Shown one piece after another: positions 10,710 to 19,496 of a DNA stretch of 64,000 nt. A program made the translations under genes and the position numbers. This stretch comes from a phage, in NCBI GenBank assembly GCA_012549035.1, contig GCA_012549035.1_4805.1; one strand, given 5' to 3'. The notes beneath the pieces are model-generated. The model worked only from the letters and a program-made list of their open reading frames with translations. It was not told where the DNA came from and ran no database searches. The number at the start of each line of letters is the position of its first letter. The first letter of the stretch is position 1.

Positions 10710-10737
10710 TGGGGCGAAGCCTTTCGACCACGCCCCA
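10710..10737 (-). other. stem-loop downstream of major capsid gene
   Basis: TGGGGCG-N14-CGCCCCA inverted repeat between capsid gene stop (10764) and next gene; no clean U-tract on minus strand, so possibly an mRNA stabiliser or partial terminator. Confidence 0.35.
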
Positions 10738-10763
10738 TGTGTTTTACTGTGTAATCACAGCAA

Positions 10764-11903
10764 TTAAATACCAGTCATACGGACGACTGCGAAAGGACGC
10801 TTGAGCAAAACGCCTGCTGTTGCGTTTGCGTAGTCTTCAACGTAGCTCTTAGCACGCTTTTCAACGCCCAGAGTCATGAACTTGGTCTGAACCAGCTGAC
10901 TGAATACGGAACCATCATCGCTTGAGCCATCGATTGAGGAATCAATGTGATCAGCGTACAGGTATGCCACGTTCAAGAAAGTCGGGTCACTGCCAAGTGC
11001 GCCGTTGAGTTCCGGTGCAGACTTGATCTTCATCTTCGGATAAGTCTGGGTGATCCAGTCACGTACAGAAATACCGAAGTCAGTGGTGTTGGACAGCCAA
11101 TCGATAGAGTTTGTCGGCAGCGCCAGAGTCATGTCAACCTTCTCTGGATCAATCTGGTCCTGAGAGTTCACACGAATTTGACGAACCATCAAACGGATGT
11201 CTGCAGTCACCTGTTGGAAGGTCGCAGTAGCCCAGCCGGAAGTGGTGTTGGAAGTCATCGCCGCTGGCAGGTTTGGATCATTCAGGAAGCCGAACGTGCG
11301 GTTGTTCCCGTTGTACCAACCATAGAAGCCGATTGCGTTACGCATGATTTCCAGAGATACAGCGGCCTGCTGGCGTTTGGTTTCTGCGGAGTTCAGACGC
11401 ATCGCAGACGCGCGGCCTTCTTCCAGCATACCAACTGCCATGCCCATTTCACCGCGAACGATAGAGCGACGTTCAAAGTTTACGTTCCAGCTTGCCAGAG
11501 GAATAGAGGTGAAATCACCATATTCAACTGCGGTGCCAGCTGGTTCAACGATGCCCTGAACGATTTCTGCATCTTCCCACTGACCAACGGTATCAATACC
11601 AACCAGCTCGTCGATTTTACGAGCAGCCGTCATGATTTTGACGAAGCCAGGCAGCCACTGCTGCAGGAATTGCAACGGGGTCGGGATTGACGGAGTAGTC
11701 TGCGGCGCAGTAAACGCGGCGTCACCTACGCGAAAAGCGCCTGCACGGTTTAAGTGCTCAATCTGATCACGCACAATCGCGGAATCAAACACAATACCGA
11801 TACGAGCAAGCTGGGAAACAGCCGCGTCAGTAACGGATTGCATATCAAAAGGGCGCACCTTGCTCGCTGGGAGGCGAGAGTGTGTTTGGCTAATGCGAGT
11901 CAT
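10764..11903 (-). CDS. major capsid protein (379 aa)
   Basis: Size and position downstream of scaffold-like and 212-aa head genes; conserved three-gene head arrangement. Confidence 0.7.
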   Translation of the reverse strand: MTRISQTHSRLPASKVRPFDMQSVTDAAVSQLARIGIVFDSAIVRDQIEHLNRAGAFRVGDAAFTAPQTTPSIPTPLQFLQQWLPGFVKIMTAARKIDELVGIDTVGQWEDAEIVQGIVEPAGTAVEYGDFTSIPLASWNVNFERRSIVRGEMGMAVGMLEEGRASAMRLNSAETKRQQAAVSLEIMRNAIGFYGWYNGNNRTFGFLNDPNLPAAMTSNTTSGWATATFQQVTADIRLMVRQIRVNSQDQIDPEKVDMTLALPTNSIDWLSNTTDFGISVRDWITQTYPKMKIKSAPELNGALGSDPTFLNVAYLYADHIDSSIDGSSDDGSVFSQLVQTKFMTLGVEKRAKSYVEDYANATAGVLLKRPFAVVRMTGI

Positions 11904-11917
11904 TATTCACCTGCCTA

Positions 11918-12556
11918 TTAACGAGTCAATTGTACAATGGTATAAGTGGAAGACTGGACGCTTGGGCCGGAAAGGGCAATAGCAGTCGGGTCAATCACGA
12001 TACCGCCTGGAATGGCAACCATGCCAGTTGGCAGTGAGCCAGTGTAGGCGATAATTGCACCGATAGGCAAGTTGTTCGGGTTGTTACCGCTGGAAATGCC
12101 TTTAGGTACATAAGCGAGCAGGTCGCCGTAGTTCAGCGTCTGCGGACTGGTGCTTGGGTTGAATACTTCAACTACGAGGCCCGTGCACATATCGTAGAAC
12201 TCGCCTTCGCTATATTGAGGCAGAACCATGCTGGCGCCCAAAGGACCAGTAGAGTTGCCATACAGAGCGTAACGCTTGCTGTTGCCAAGGATGCCATAGT
12301 AATTGGTGCCGCCCAGTTCAACTTCAAAGTCCTGCGCGCCCAAGGTTTTGGTTTGACCAGTACCCATTAAAGATACGTCATCTTTAAAACCAAACACACG
12401 GCTAATGGCGTTTACGTTTGCACCGTCGTTGGCGCTAACGATTCGGCCTGGCTTCCCACGCTGTGGGCCGTCGCGAACGATGTCGCCAGGAAAGCCAGTT
12501 GTATATTGACGGCCTACACTAGTTTGGAAAGTCATGTTTATTCCCCTTTCAACCAA
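11918..12556 (-). CDS. head structural protein (212 aa)
   Basis: Gly-rich ORF between scaffold-like and capsid genes. Confidence 0.55.
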   Translation of the reverse strand: MVERGINMTFQTSVGRQYTTGFPGDIVRDGPQRGKPGRIVSANDGANVNAISRVFGFKDDVSLMGTGQTKTLGAQDFEVELGGTNYYGILGNSKRYALYGNSTGPLGASMVLPQYSEGEFYDMCTGLVVEVFNPSTSPQTLNYGDLLAYVPKGISSGNNPNNLPIGAIIAYTGSLPTGMVAIPGGIVIDPTAIALSGPSVQSSTYTIVQLTR

Positions 12557-13956
12557 GCTTCAAATGCTTCGTCAGTTGCTGCAGAATCCGCAGCGGCCTT
12601 TTGTTTTGCGACTACACGCTGTTTTTGACCGTGTTCAACGCCGCGCAGATAATTATCCACAACGTCAAACTCAGCACCATCAACGCACTTCAAGCCTAAC
12701 TTTTTAGCGCCATATTTCGCTACGGACTTGGAGTCCATAGTTGCATGATCAAAGGCACCAACAACTTTAGACAGGCGCTGGTAGAGGCTATTCTTACGAG
12801 CAGAATCAGCGTAGAAAGCAGCAACTGCTGAATCAGATGCCATTGAGTGTTCCCCTTTTGCTGGACCTGGCGACGCTTTCGCCGCTTTTGTCGGTTTGTC
12901 ATCTTTTTCGACCGAAGCCCCCTTTACGTTGCTGTTTTGCAGGCCGCTAACCACATCTTCAGCTTTGTCGCAAGGTGATACATCTTCAGCCTTGACTTCA
13001 ACTTCTTCGTCTTTGACTTCGGCTTCAACTTCTTCTTCATCACCTACCGCGCCACCTTTCAGTTTTGCAATAAGTGCTTCGATTTGGCTGATCAATTGCG
13101 GAAGTTCGCCGCCAGCGTGAGATTCAGTTTCAACTTCAAACTTCTCTTCACCTTCTGGGGTTTCTTCTGCTTCTGCCTTGACTTCTGGATCAACCATTAC
13201 TTCTTCACGATTTTCGGTTGAGTCCTTCTCTTCTGCTTTCACTTCAACTTCATCCTGATGAGCAGCTTCAGCACTCTCTTCGTTCAGAAATTGTTCGAGC
13301 GCAGGGATCAGTGATTTCAGCTGTTCAACAGCATTATCACGCGCTTTACCTTTTAACGGTTTTGGCATGTCTAAATCCTCGTTGGATGGTGTTACAGTCG
13401 TCAAACAAAGATGGTCAAAGCAACGACCATCCAGCACCCGTGCACCTGGTACTCGACCAACGTCCACGAGAGCAATGTGGTTGCCGCGAAGAGTTGTCTG
13501 CACCACTTCATACGGCTGCCCGTCAAACTCTCCAGACTGTATGATGAATTCACAGTCATAGCCCAAAGACAAGTCAACCTTTCCAGAATCAATGGCCTTC
13601 TTCAGACGACGGCTAAACACTTTAAGGTCGCCGCGCATCCATGGCTTGTCATAATAAACATTGCCAGTCAGAACGCCATCAACTCCATACTCTTCGGGTG
13701 CTGTGTTATCCTCATCACCTTCAAATCCAGAAAGCATTTCGTGATTGTCGATGAAAGGGATATTTTTGAATGAATCTATCGCTTCGGGGTCTTTCACCGC
13801 TGACTCAGGGCGATAGACTTTTACGATGCGATTCGGATCACCATCAAGACCAACTTGACCAGCAGAATAATCAAAAATGCCAAATGACGAAATTGGACAA
13901 CCCATAATCGTCAAGAATCCATTTTTGTCAATTTCGCGTGCCGTTTGCATTCGCAT
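12538..13956 (-). CDS. scaffolding / prohead protease-like protein (472 aa)
   Basis: First gene of head operon; globular N-terminal half followed by a highly acidic E/K/A-rich C-terminal half typical of scaffold proteins. Confidence 0.6.
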   Translation of the reverse strand: MRMQTAREIDKNGFLTIMGCPISSFGIFDYSAGQVGLDGDPNRIVKVYRPESAVKDPEAIDSFKNIPFIDNHEMLSGFEGDEDNTAPEEYGVDGVLTGNVYYDKPWMRGDLKVFSRRLKKAIDSGKVDLSLGYDCEFIIQSGEFDGQPYEVVQTTLRGNHIALVDVGRVPGARVLDGRCFDHLCLTTVTPSNEDLDMPKPLKGKARDNAVEQLKSLIPALEQFLNEESAEAAHQDEVEVKAEEKDSTENREEVMVDPEVKAEAEETPEGEEKFEVETESHAGGELPQLISQIEALIAKLKGGAVGDEEEVEAEVKDEEVEVKAEDVSPCDKAEDVVSGLQNSNVKGASVEKDDKPTKAAKASPGPAKGEHSMASDSAVAAFYADSARKNSLYQRLSKVVGAFDHATMDSKSVAKYGAKKLGLKCVDGAEFDVVDNYLRGVEHGQKQRVVAKQKAAADSAATDEAFEAWLKGE

Positions 13957-14066
13957 CCACCCTCAAATAAGTATTGTGTATTATATCTAATGAAAAAAAC
14001 TTAGGCAAACAATAATTATGGTTTGAATATGTATAACAACCGATATAGCCGCGCCTTTATTAGTGT

Positions 14067-14346
14067 GATACGGATGATACGGATAAAATGAGGCGTATTT
14101 TTATCCGTATCGGTGTATAAGCCGCGCTATCACTGGTGTGCTACGGATGATACGGATGATACGGATACTTTTCATATATAAGAGTTTATAAAAAAAAATA
14201 AAATTAAATTATATATATAATTTTAAATTAATTTATTTGAATTCCTATATAGTACGGCGGCAACGCGTATCATCCGTATCATCCGTAAGATTCTTTTGAA
14301 AACAATAACTTACTTGATACGTATGATACGTCATTATACGTATAAA
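14067..14346. repeat. iteron-rich intergenic region A (9-bp GATGATACG-type units, AT-rich core)
   Basis: TACGGATGA x3 tandem at 14143-14168; GATACGGATGATACGGATA at 14067-14085; inverted copies TATCATCCG x2 at 14265-14293; AT-rich palindromic core 14170-14250. Confidence 0.7.
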
Positions 14347-14373
14347 ACTCGCGGCAATCCTTTGCCGATGAAT

Positions 14374-14511
14374 TCAGTGGATATTAAATAGCACTCCTGC
14401 AACTAAAACGCCAATCAGCATTGAGTCATAAACAGCCCATTTCCAAGAAAGCAAAGAGTTGCAATTAATATTTCGCACTTTAACATAATGTGACTGAATA
14501 ATCTTTTGCAT
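14374..14511 (-). CDS. small hydrophobic protein (45 aa)
   Basis: ATG at 14511 preceded by GAGGA 4 nt upstream; C-terminal hydrophobic stretch LIGVLVAGVLF; below track length cut-off. Confidence 0.35.
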   Translation of the reverse strand: MQKIIQSHYVKVRNINCNSLLSWKWAVYDSMLIGVLVAGVLFNIH

Positions 14512-14521
14512 AACTTCCTCT

Positions 14522-15442
14522 TTAGTTCAGCTTGATTGCGGTGATCTGTCCGTAAACGGTAGATGTCAATGCCTCTGTGCATTGATAGTTTAGATACACG
14601 TTGCCAGGCGCGGCAAGAGTGATTATCTTTGTTGGAATATTGCCGCCGAAACGACCTGCAGCCCGAATGCCAGCTGACATCGTAAATGCATCATCCGTAA
14701 TATCTGAATCGCTTGTTGACAATTTGGCTGTAATTCCGGTATTCGCTTGAATTCCTGCTGTCGCGACAGTCAACTGACTTGCCGTCACAAGCCACTTTCC
14801 TGCAGGAAGGTTTAAGGTCGCCAGATTAACCAAAGTGGTTGGAGGATTGCTAACACTGTTCGTGGCACTCTGGACGGTGCTTTCCGCTGCGTTAAGCACA
14901 CCGGAACCATCAATTGATAGAGTTGTACCGACCTTTACGCCGCCTAAAGTAGATGCTGACGCAATCGGCAATGAGTATTGAGTAACGCTAATTGTACCGT
15001 CACCTGCGACGCTTATTCCGCTTCCTATTTTGACGCCGCCGAGAACAGAAGCCGTTGCCGCTGGTAACGTGTATTGGTTGCCGCTTGATTTGACCACTTT
15101 AACGGCGACAGCATTCTTTGACCCTCCAGACTCCATTCCTATAATCACTGCTTCTCCAAAAGCGATGGTGATTGTAGATGCAGTTAAACCAGTCTGCACG
15201 TCTGTTATGTTCATTTTGGGAACTGAAAGTGTCAGATTCGGCTTGCTGGTAGAATCGCCATCATTACCGATCATAAAGAATTGACCAACTGAATTGTATC
15301 CAGACGCCAATGGCGGACTCAATGGAACAATCAGGTTTTTATCGGATGTAAATTCTGAAACAATCGCCAAACCGTTAGCATATACAGCAGGCAATACTGG
15401 CGTTTGTCCAGATAGAGGAAACGTGCTGATTGGTATCGTCAT
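14522..15442 (-). CDS. fiber-like protein with tandem repeats
   Basis: Tandem repeat blocks TLPAATASVLGGVKIGSGISVAGDGTISV / SLPIASASTLGGVKVGTTLSIDGSGVLNA; track start is GTG at 15511, preferred ATG at 15442 with GAGGT upstream. Confidence 0.6.
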   Translation of the reverse strand: MTIPISTFPLSGQTPVLPAVYANGLAIVSEFTSDKNLIVPLSPPLASGYNSVGQFFMIGNDGDSTSKPNLTLSVPKMNITDVQTGLTASTITIAFGEAVIIGMESGGSKNAVAVKVVKSSGNQYTLPAATASVLGGVKIGSGISVAGDGTISVTQYSLPIASASTLGGVKVGTTLSIDGSGVLNAAESTVQSATNSVSNPPTTLVNLATLNLPAGKWLVTASQLTVATAGIQANTGITAKLSTSDSDITDDAFTMSAGIRAAGRFGGNIPTKIITLAAPGNVYLNYQCTEALTSTVYGQITAIKLN

Positions 15443-15449
15443 AATGACC

Positions 15450-16301
15450 TCAAATGATTGGTATTTTTCTGCACTTGCAGTGTATTGCCCATCCAGGAGG
15501 ACCGATGTCACCCTTTTTGAACTTCAATTCGCCGCCAACTTCCCATAGGCGCTTGTCATCAAGTTTGAATCTCATTCCGTCGACGTGTTCATGAGAGATT
15601 CGCGGCTCCTTTCCTGCTCCTGAGTGCGCCCACTCAAATTCTTCGACTCCATTCTGGCGCATCCTTTCATCGCTTAGAACGCAATACAATTTGCTTGTCT
15701 GGTCTTTAGCGATCAAGTCGACTCTCTTTGCAGAGAAGTGTTTTACGTTTCGCAATGCCGCCTGAATGCCTGACGTGCCTTGCTGGGCTGGGTCGGGAGA
15801 AGTCAGCGAAAGCATGACTGCTTCGTACACTCTGTTGTGAATATCCTCGCCGACCTTAGTCACTAGAGTCGTGTTAAACTTCTCGCTTGTTCTAAGAGTG
15901 TTCTCAACGAATTTGTTATATGTGGCCTTTGGCGCTTCTATGCCTGCGGACTTAAGGCTTGCGAATGTAGCAGAAGTGGCACCCTTTTCGACCGATTTGA
16001 TAAAATCAGCGGCAATCTTCGACCCAACACGTGCAAACGCCTTTGCCCATTTCAGTTGCAGCCGTTTCATAAGGGTCTGGAATGTCGAATCAGCAGAGTC
16101 TTGCGCAAAAAACTTCTGCACCTGCTTCTTGTCAAGCCATTCTGAAATGCCTGCCTGATAGTCATCAATCATCGCATAGCAAAGACCTTTCATCTCACGA
16201 CGATAGGCCATCGCGATTGCGTTGGATGGGATTATCGGACTGCCGCGCCCGACTCTATCGGGTAAGCGGCGTTCACGTTTTTTCGAAGCTTTAAAAGCCA
16301 T
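15450..16301 (-). CDS. head morphogenesis protein (SPP1 gp7 / Mu F-like)
   Basis: Downstream of portal; C-terminal block HEHVDGMRFKLDD...GPPGWAIHCKCR typical of this family; start taken at ATG 16301 (MAFKASKK). Confidence 0.65.
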   Translation of the reverse strand: MAFKASKKRERRLPDRVGRGSPIIPSNAIAMAYRREMKGLCYAMIDDYQAGISEWLDKKQVQKFFAQDSADSTFQTLMKRLQLKWAKAFARVGSKIAADFIKSVEKGATSATFASLKSAGIEAPKATYNKFVENTLRTSEKFNTTLVTKVGEDIHNRVYEAVMLSLTSPDPAQQGTSGIQAALRNVKHFSAKRVDLIAKDQTSKLYCVLSDERMRQNGVEEFEWAHSGAGKEPRISHEHVDGMRFKLDDKRLWEVGGELKFKKGDIGPPGWAIHCKCRKIPII

Positions 16302-16302
16302 A

Positions 16303-18678
16303 TCAACCTTGCTTCGGTGAATTAGTAGGATTGTTGAGTGCTCCATATGCTTGAGAGCAATCACCCTTCAACCACTCCTTGAATGAGTTTACATCCAATT
16401 CGTGGATTGAGTCAAATCCATTCCAACCGTTACCAAATGATGCTTGATAAGCTTCTTTCGCTTCTTCTGCTGAATCGAATCCAAGCATACATTTGTGTTC
16501 ATCAAACTCGCCAGAGTAGTTATCGTTTTGGTTCACGATAAAAACTTTCGGTGACTTCAGATTTGGACCCACAAAGCAGTCGACTTCATCGCCGTCCGCG
16601 CCCTTGGTGCCCTTGATGAATCCGTAGTGGTGCGGCATCTTGACTGCCCATTCACCGTCAAGGCTGTTTCCTCTACGGATGCTGTTGCGAGGATTCTCAA
16701 TCCCAAGAATCAGTCCATGCAACTTCATCTTAGGTAATGATGCTGCGTCCATCTTTCCAACGTTGTGTCGTAAGTTTACGACATTACCTTTGACGCTTGG
16801 AAGGGTAGACGGTTGCACCGACCGTGAATCTTTTTGAGGGTCAAAATCCACATCCTGACCTTCTTTCAGGTAGTAATCCGCAATACCCTCCAGACCTTCT
16901 TTCAACTGCGTTAGGACATCAACCTGATGGCTTGATTCGTCATCGGTATCGTCCATGTTGATTTCAACAGGTGCTCTGTCAGGGTTTTCCGCCAACTCAC
17001 CACGCGCGGCACCCTCTGGCATAATACCTGTTTCGCTATAGAACTGGCCGCCCATCTTAACGACATCAGCTTTCGCCTGTTCAATATCGGCCTTACCTTG
17101 CAAGACTTCACCAGCAGACTTGCCAAGCAATGCCATATTCTCTGGAGACATCCCTGGGGTTTCTTCTGCTGCGTCTTCCGGCAGACGGTTGTAGCCGCTG
17201 TTTTTGTCGTCTTTGATGCGGTCGCGCTCTTCATCAGGAGAAATGACGCCAGCATCAATAAGAGTTTTGCCAGTGTTGGCTCGCTTATCATTGATTTCTG
17301 CAAGTTGAGTAGCAGTAAGTGAGCCAACTGGTTCCCATGCAACCTTAACATCGACATCCACCCCTTCTGATTTGAGAAGGATTTTGTAATGGCGGTCGAG
17401 AATTTTTGTCAGGTCATGCTGCTGGCACGTTTCCAACTCTTCGTGATAGCTGACCATCTCGAATTCACCAGTGGCATTAAAGCCTTTTGGCGAAGTCCCA
17501 AGCAGTTTGGTCGACGGAACTTTTGCGATTGCGGCCACCAGCTGGTACTGGTTCATGATGATGCTGTCGAAGTCTGACAAGTTGATGTCGAACTGGTCCA
17601 TCTCTTCTTTTTGGCCAAGCACTTTGACTGCATAGTTGTCGCGATACTTGATCCACATCATCAGACGTTCTGCAAAAGACCGCTCATTGGCAATCGCCTT
17701 GTCAACGTCGGTCCGCAGCGTGGTTGTACGCTTGGACATCGCCAGCAATGGCGCTTCGTTAGCGGTACGTTCAGCGGCATAGATGCGTTCATAAATCTGC
17801 TGAGTCAGAGGAATGCCGCCGTAAATATAAGTTGGCTTGAGAATATCAGCTGGCTCATCATTGCGCAAGATGATGAGGTGACTGCGATGATAACGTTGTC
17901 CGCTGATCACCCAGTATTCTGGATCATAGAAGTGCTGTGATGCAGGGTCTGCGGTATTTTCAGACGTCAAAAATGGCATCATCCAATAAGGGTCAACCTG
18001 AATGATTCCCTTGTAAGACCCCTTTGTCACACCATCAATGTTAAAAGGCTTGCTGTAATATTCTGGGTCATCGCTACGCACATCAAATATGATGACGCGG
18101 ATACCAAAAATATTTTTGAATCGTTCGGCTTCAACTAAGTGCTCTTTGATATTAAATTCTTTATCAATTTGCTTTAGGCGTTCGCTTGCCTGCACTGACA
18201 ATTCTGACTCAGAACTGGATTTGACTTCCCAACCTTTACGGACCGCATCGCGGCCTACCATGGAACACGCCTTGTTCACCAGCCAATGCTGTGCGATGAT
18301 GGCACAAGCTTGATAGCCGATGAATGACTGTGACAAATACCAGTTTTGAAGTTGAATAGGTACTGTGTATGGGTTGACCTGCCCTTCTGAACTGATGTTC
18401 TTCAAGGCATTATCCATAACTTTTTTGGATACTGTTGCGGAATCGACTGAACGACCTTTTATGATAGCAACACCGTCGCCATTAATATCAGGCTCATATA
18501 AAGGGAAGTCATCAACCGTTTTAAAGGTCGGTCGATTGCTTTCAGTCTTTTCCCAGCGTTGACCGCTGCCGCGCCTTTCAAGGCGTTCAAACGGTGCCAA
18601 TGGGTCGCCTGGCGGCATCTCCGCTGGTTCGGCTTCTGGTTGCGTCTTCTCCCAGAGTTTTATGCCAAGAATTTTCAT
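16303..18678 (-). CDS. portal protein with C-terminal inorganic pyrophosphatase-like domain
   Basis: Position between terminase and head morphogenesis genes; C-terminal ~130 aa carry YGFIKGTKGADGDEVDCFV and AEEAKEAYQASF, resembling family I PPase signature; track start is TTG 18711, ATG 18678 has an AGGTGG RBS. Confidence 0.7.
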   Translation of the reverse strand: MKILGIKLWEKTQPEAEPAEMPPGDPLAPFERLERRGSGQRWEKTESNRPTFKTVDDFPLYEPDINGDGVAIIKGRSVDSATVSKKVMDNALKNISSEGQVNPYTVPIQLQNWYLSQSFIGYQACAIIAQHWLVNKACSMVGRDAVRKGWEVKSSSESELSVQASERLKQIDKEFNIKEHLVEAERFKNIFGIRVIIFDVRSDDPEYYSKPFNIDGVTKGSYKGIIQVDPYWMMPFLTSENTADPASQHFYDPEYWVISGQRYHRSHLIILRNDEPADILKPTYIYGGIPLTQQIYERIYAAERTANEAPLLAMSKRTTTLRTDVDKAIANERSFAERLMMWIKYRDNYAVKVLGQKEEMDQFDINLSDFDSIIMNQYQLVAAIAKVPSTKLLGTSPKGFNATGEFEMVSYHEELETCQQHDLTKILDRHYKILLKSEGVDVDVKVAWEPVGSLTATQLAEINDKRANTGKTLIDAGVISPDEERDRIKDDKNSGYNRLPEDAAEETPGMSPENMALLGKSAGEVLQGKADIEQAKADVVKMGGQFYSETGIMPEGAARGELAENPDRAPVEINMDDTDDESSHQVDVLTQLKEGLEGIADYYLKEGQDVDFDPQKDSRSVQPSTLPSVKGNVVNLRHNVGKMDAASLPKMKLHGLILGIENPRNSIRRGNSLDGEWAVKMPHHYGFIKGTKGADGDEVDCFVGPNLKSPKVFIVNQNDNYSGEFDEHKCMLGFDSAEEAKEAYQASFGNGWNGFDSIHELDVNSFKEWLKGDCSQAYGALNNPTNSPKQG

Positions 18679-18840
18679 TGTTAACGCCACCTGACAGTGA
18701 AAGGGAATCAATCTATATTATAAATATTCATGTGTTTGTAAGCAAATGATATGTATGGTGATCATAAATAGTTCATAAAATATTTTGCTTTTGTATCATT
18801 TTGAGTTATATTTTAGTTAACCAAACGAAAGGAGATTGAA

Positions 18841-19257
18841 ATGAGCACAACAATTGTATTTGTCGTCTTGCACAACGGCGAAGTCGTTAACGTATGCGAA
18901 TATGAAGAACTGGCAAAGGCCACTGCTGCGCGATACGAAGGTGCTACTATTGACCCGTGGATTTTAGATGCGCGAAACGTCTTGCAGGCGACTTTGGATG
19001 AGTGGTTGTTGGGTCGCAAAGTCTATCCAGTAGACAACATCGACTCAATTCAAGGTGAAACAGTATATTTTGAAGATGAATGCGTTCGCGGCATCGGCAA
19101 ATTTATGGGATTGTGCCCATCTTCATCCAAAAATAAATTTTATCGTATTCAAGTTGAAGAAAACGATATGTTTGACAAAGTTACGCGCTCGATTGTTCCT
19201 GGCGGCGGCACTCCAATATTTATGGCAGAATCAGACATCAAAGGGATTATCAAATGA
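18841..19257 (+). CDS. hypothetical protein (138 aa)
   Basis: Strong RBS AAAGGAGATTGAA-ATG; plus-strand gene between minus-strand portal and terminase. Confidence 0.6.
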   Translation: MSTTIVFVVLHNGEVVNVCEYEELAKATAARYEGATIDPWILDARNVLQATLDEWLLGRKVYPVDNIDSIQGETVYFEDECVRGIGKFMGLCPSSSKNKFYRIQVEENDMFDKVTRSIVPGGGTPIFMAESDIKGIIK

Positions 19258-19493
19258 GAACTTTAACCGAACTCGATGTTTTGAAAGATGTTGCAGCCGC
19301 GCTGGGCGTTGAAGTCTCCGAAAAGTCGACACTGGGTGCACTGCGTCGTGATTTACTCGAAGCCGTCGACCGCAACGATTTTGATCGTAAGTGTTTGCAA
19401 AAGAAGATTCGACAGGCAGTAAGGGCGGGTAAGCGATTCCGTGCCAGGTCGTTTGCCGCAAGAAAACTCGACCTTCAGCACGGAATGCTTTAG
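19254..19493 (+). CDS. hypothetical basic protein (79 aa)
   Basis: ATGA start/stop overlap with upstream gene; ends 4 nt from terminase stop (convergent). Confidence 0.5.
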   Translation: MRTLTELDVLKDVAAALGVEVSEKSTLGALRRDLLEAVDRNDFDRKCLQKKIRQAVRAGKRFRARSFAARKLDLQHGML

Positions 19494-19496
19494 TTG

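Noticed and set aside
14101-14113. DnaA-box interpretation of TTATCCGTA-type motifs in regions A and B
   Set aside because: Differs from the TTATCCACA consensus at two core positions; the units fit better as phage-specific iterons.
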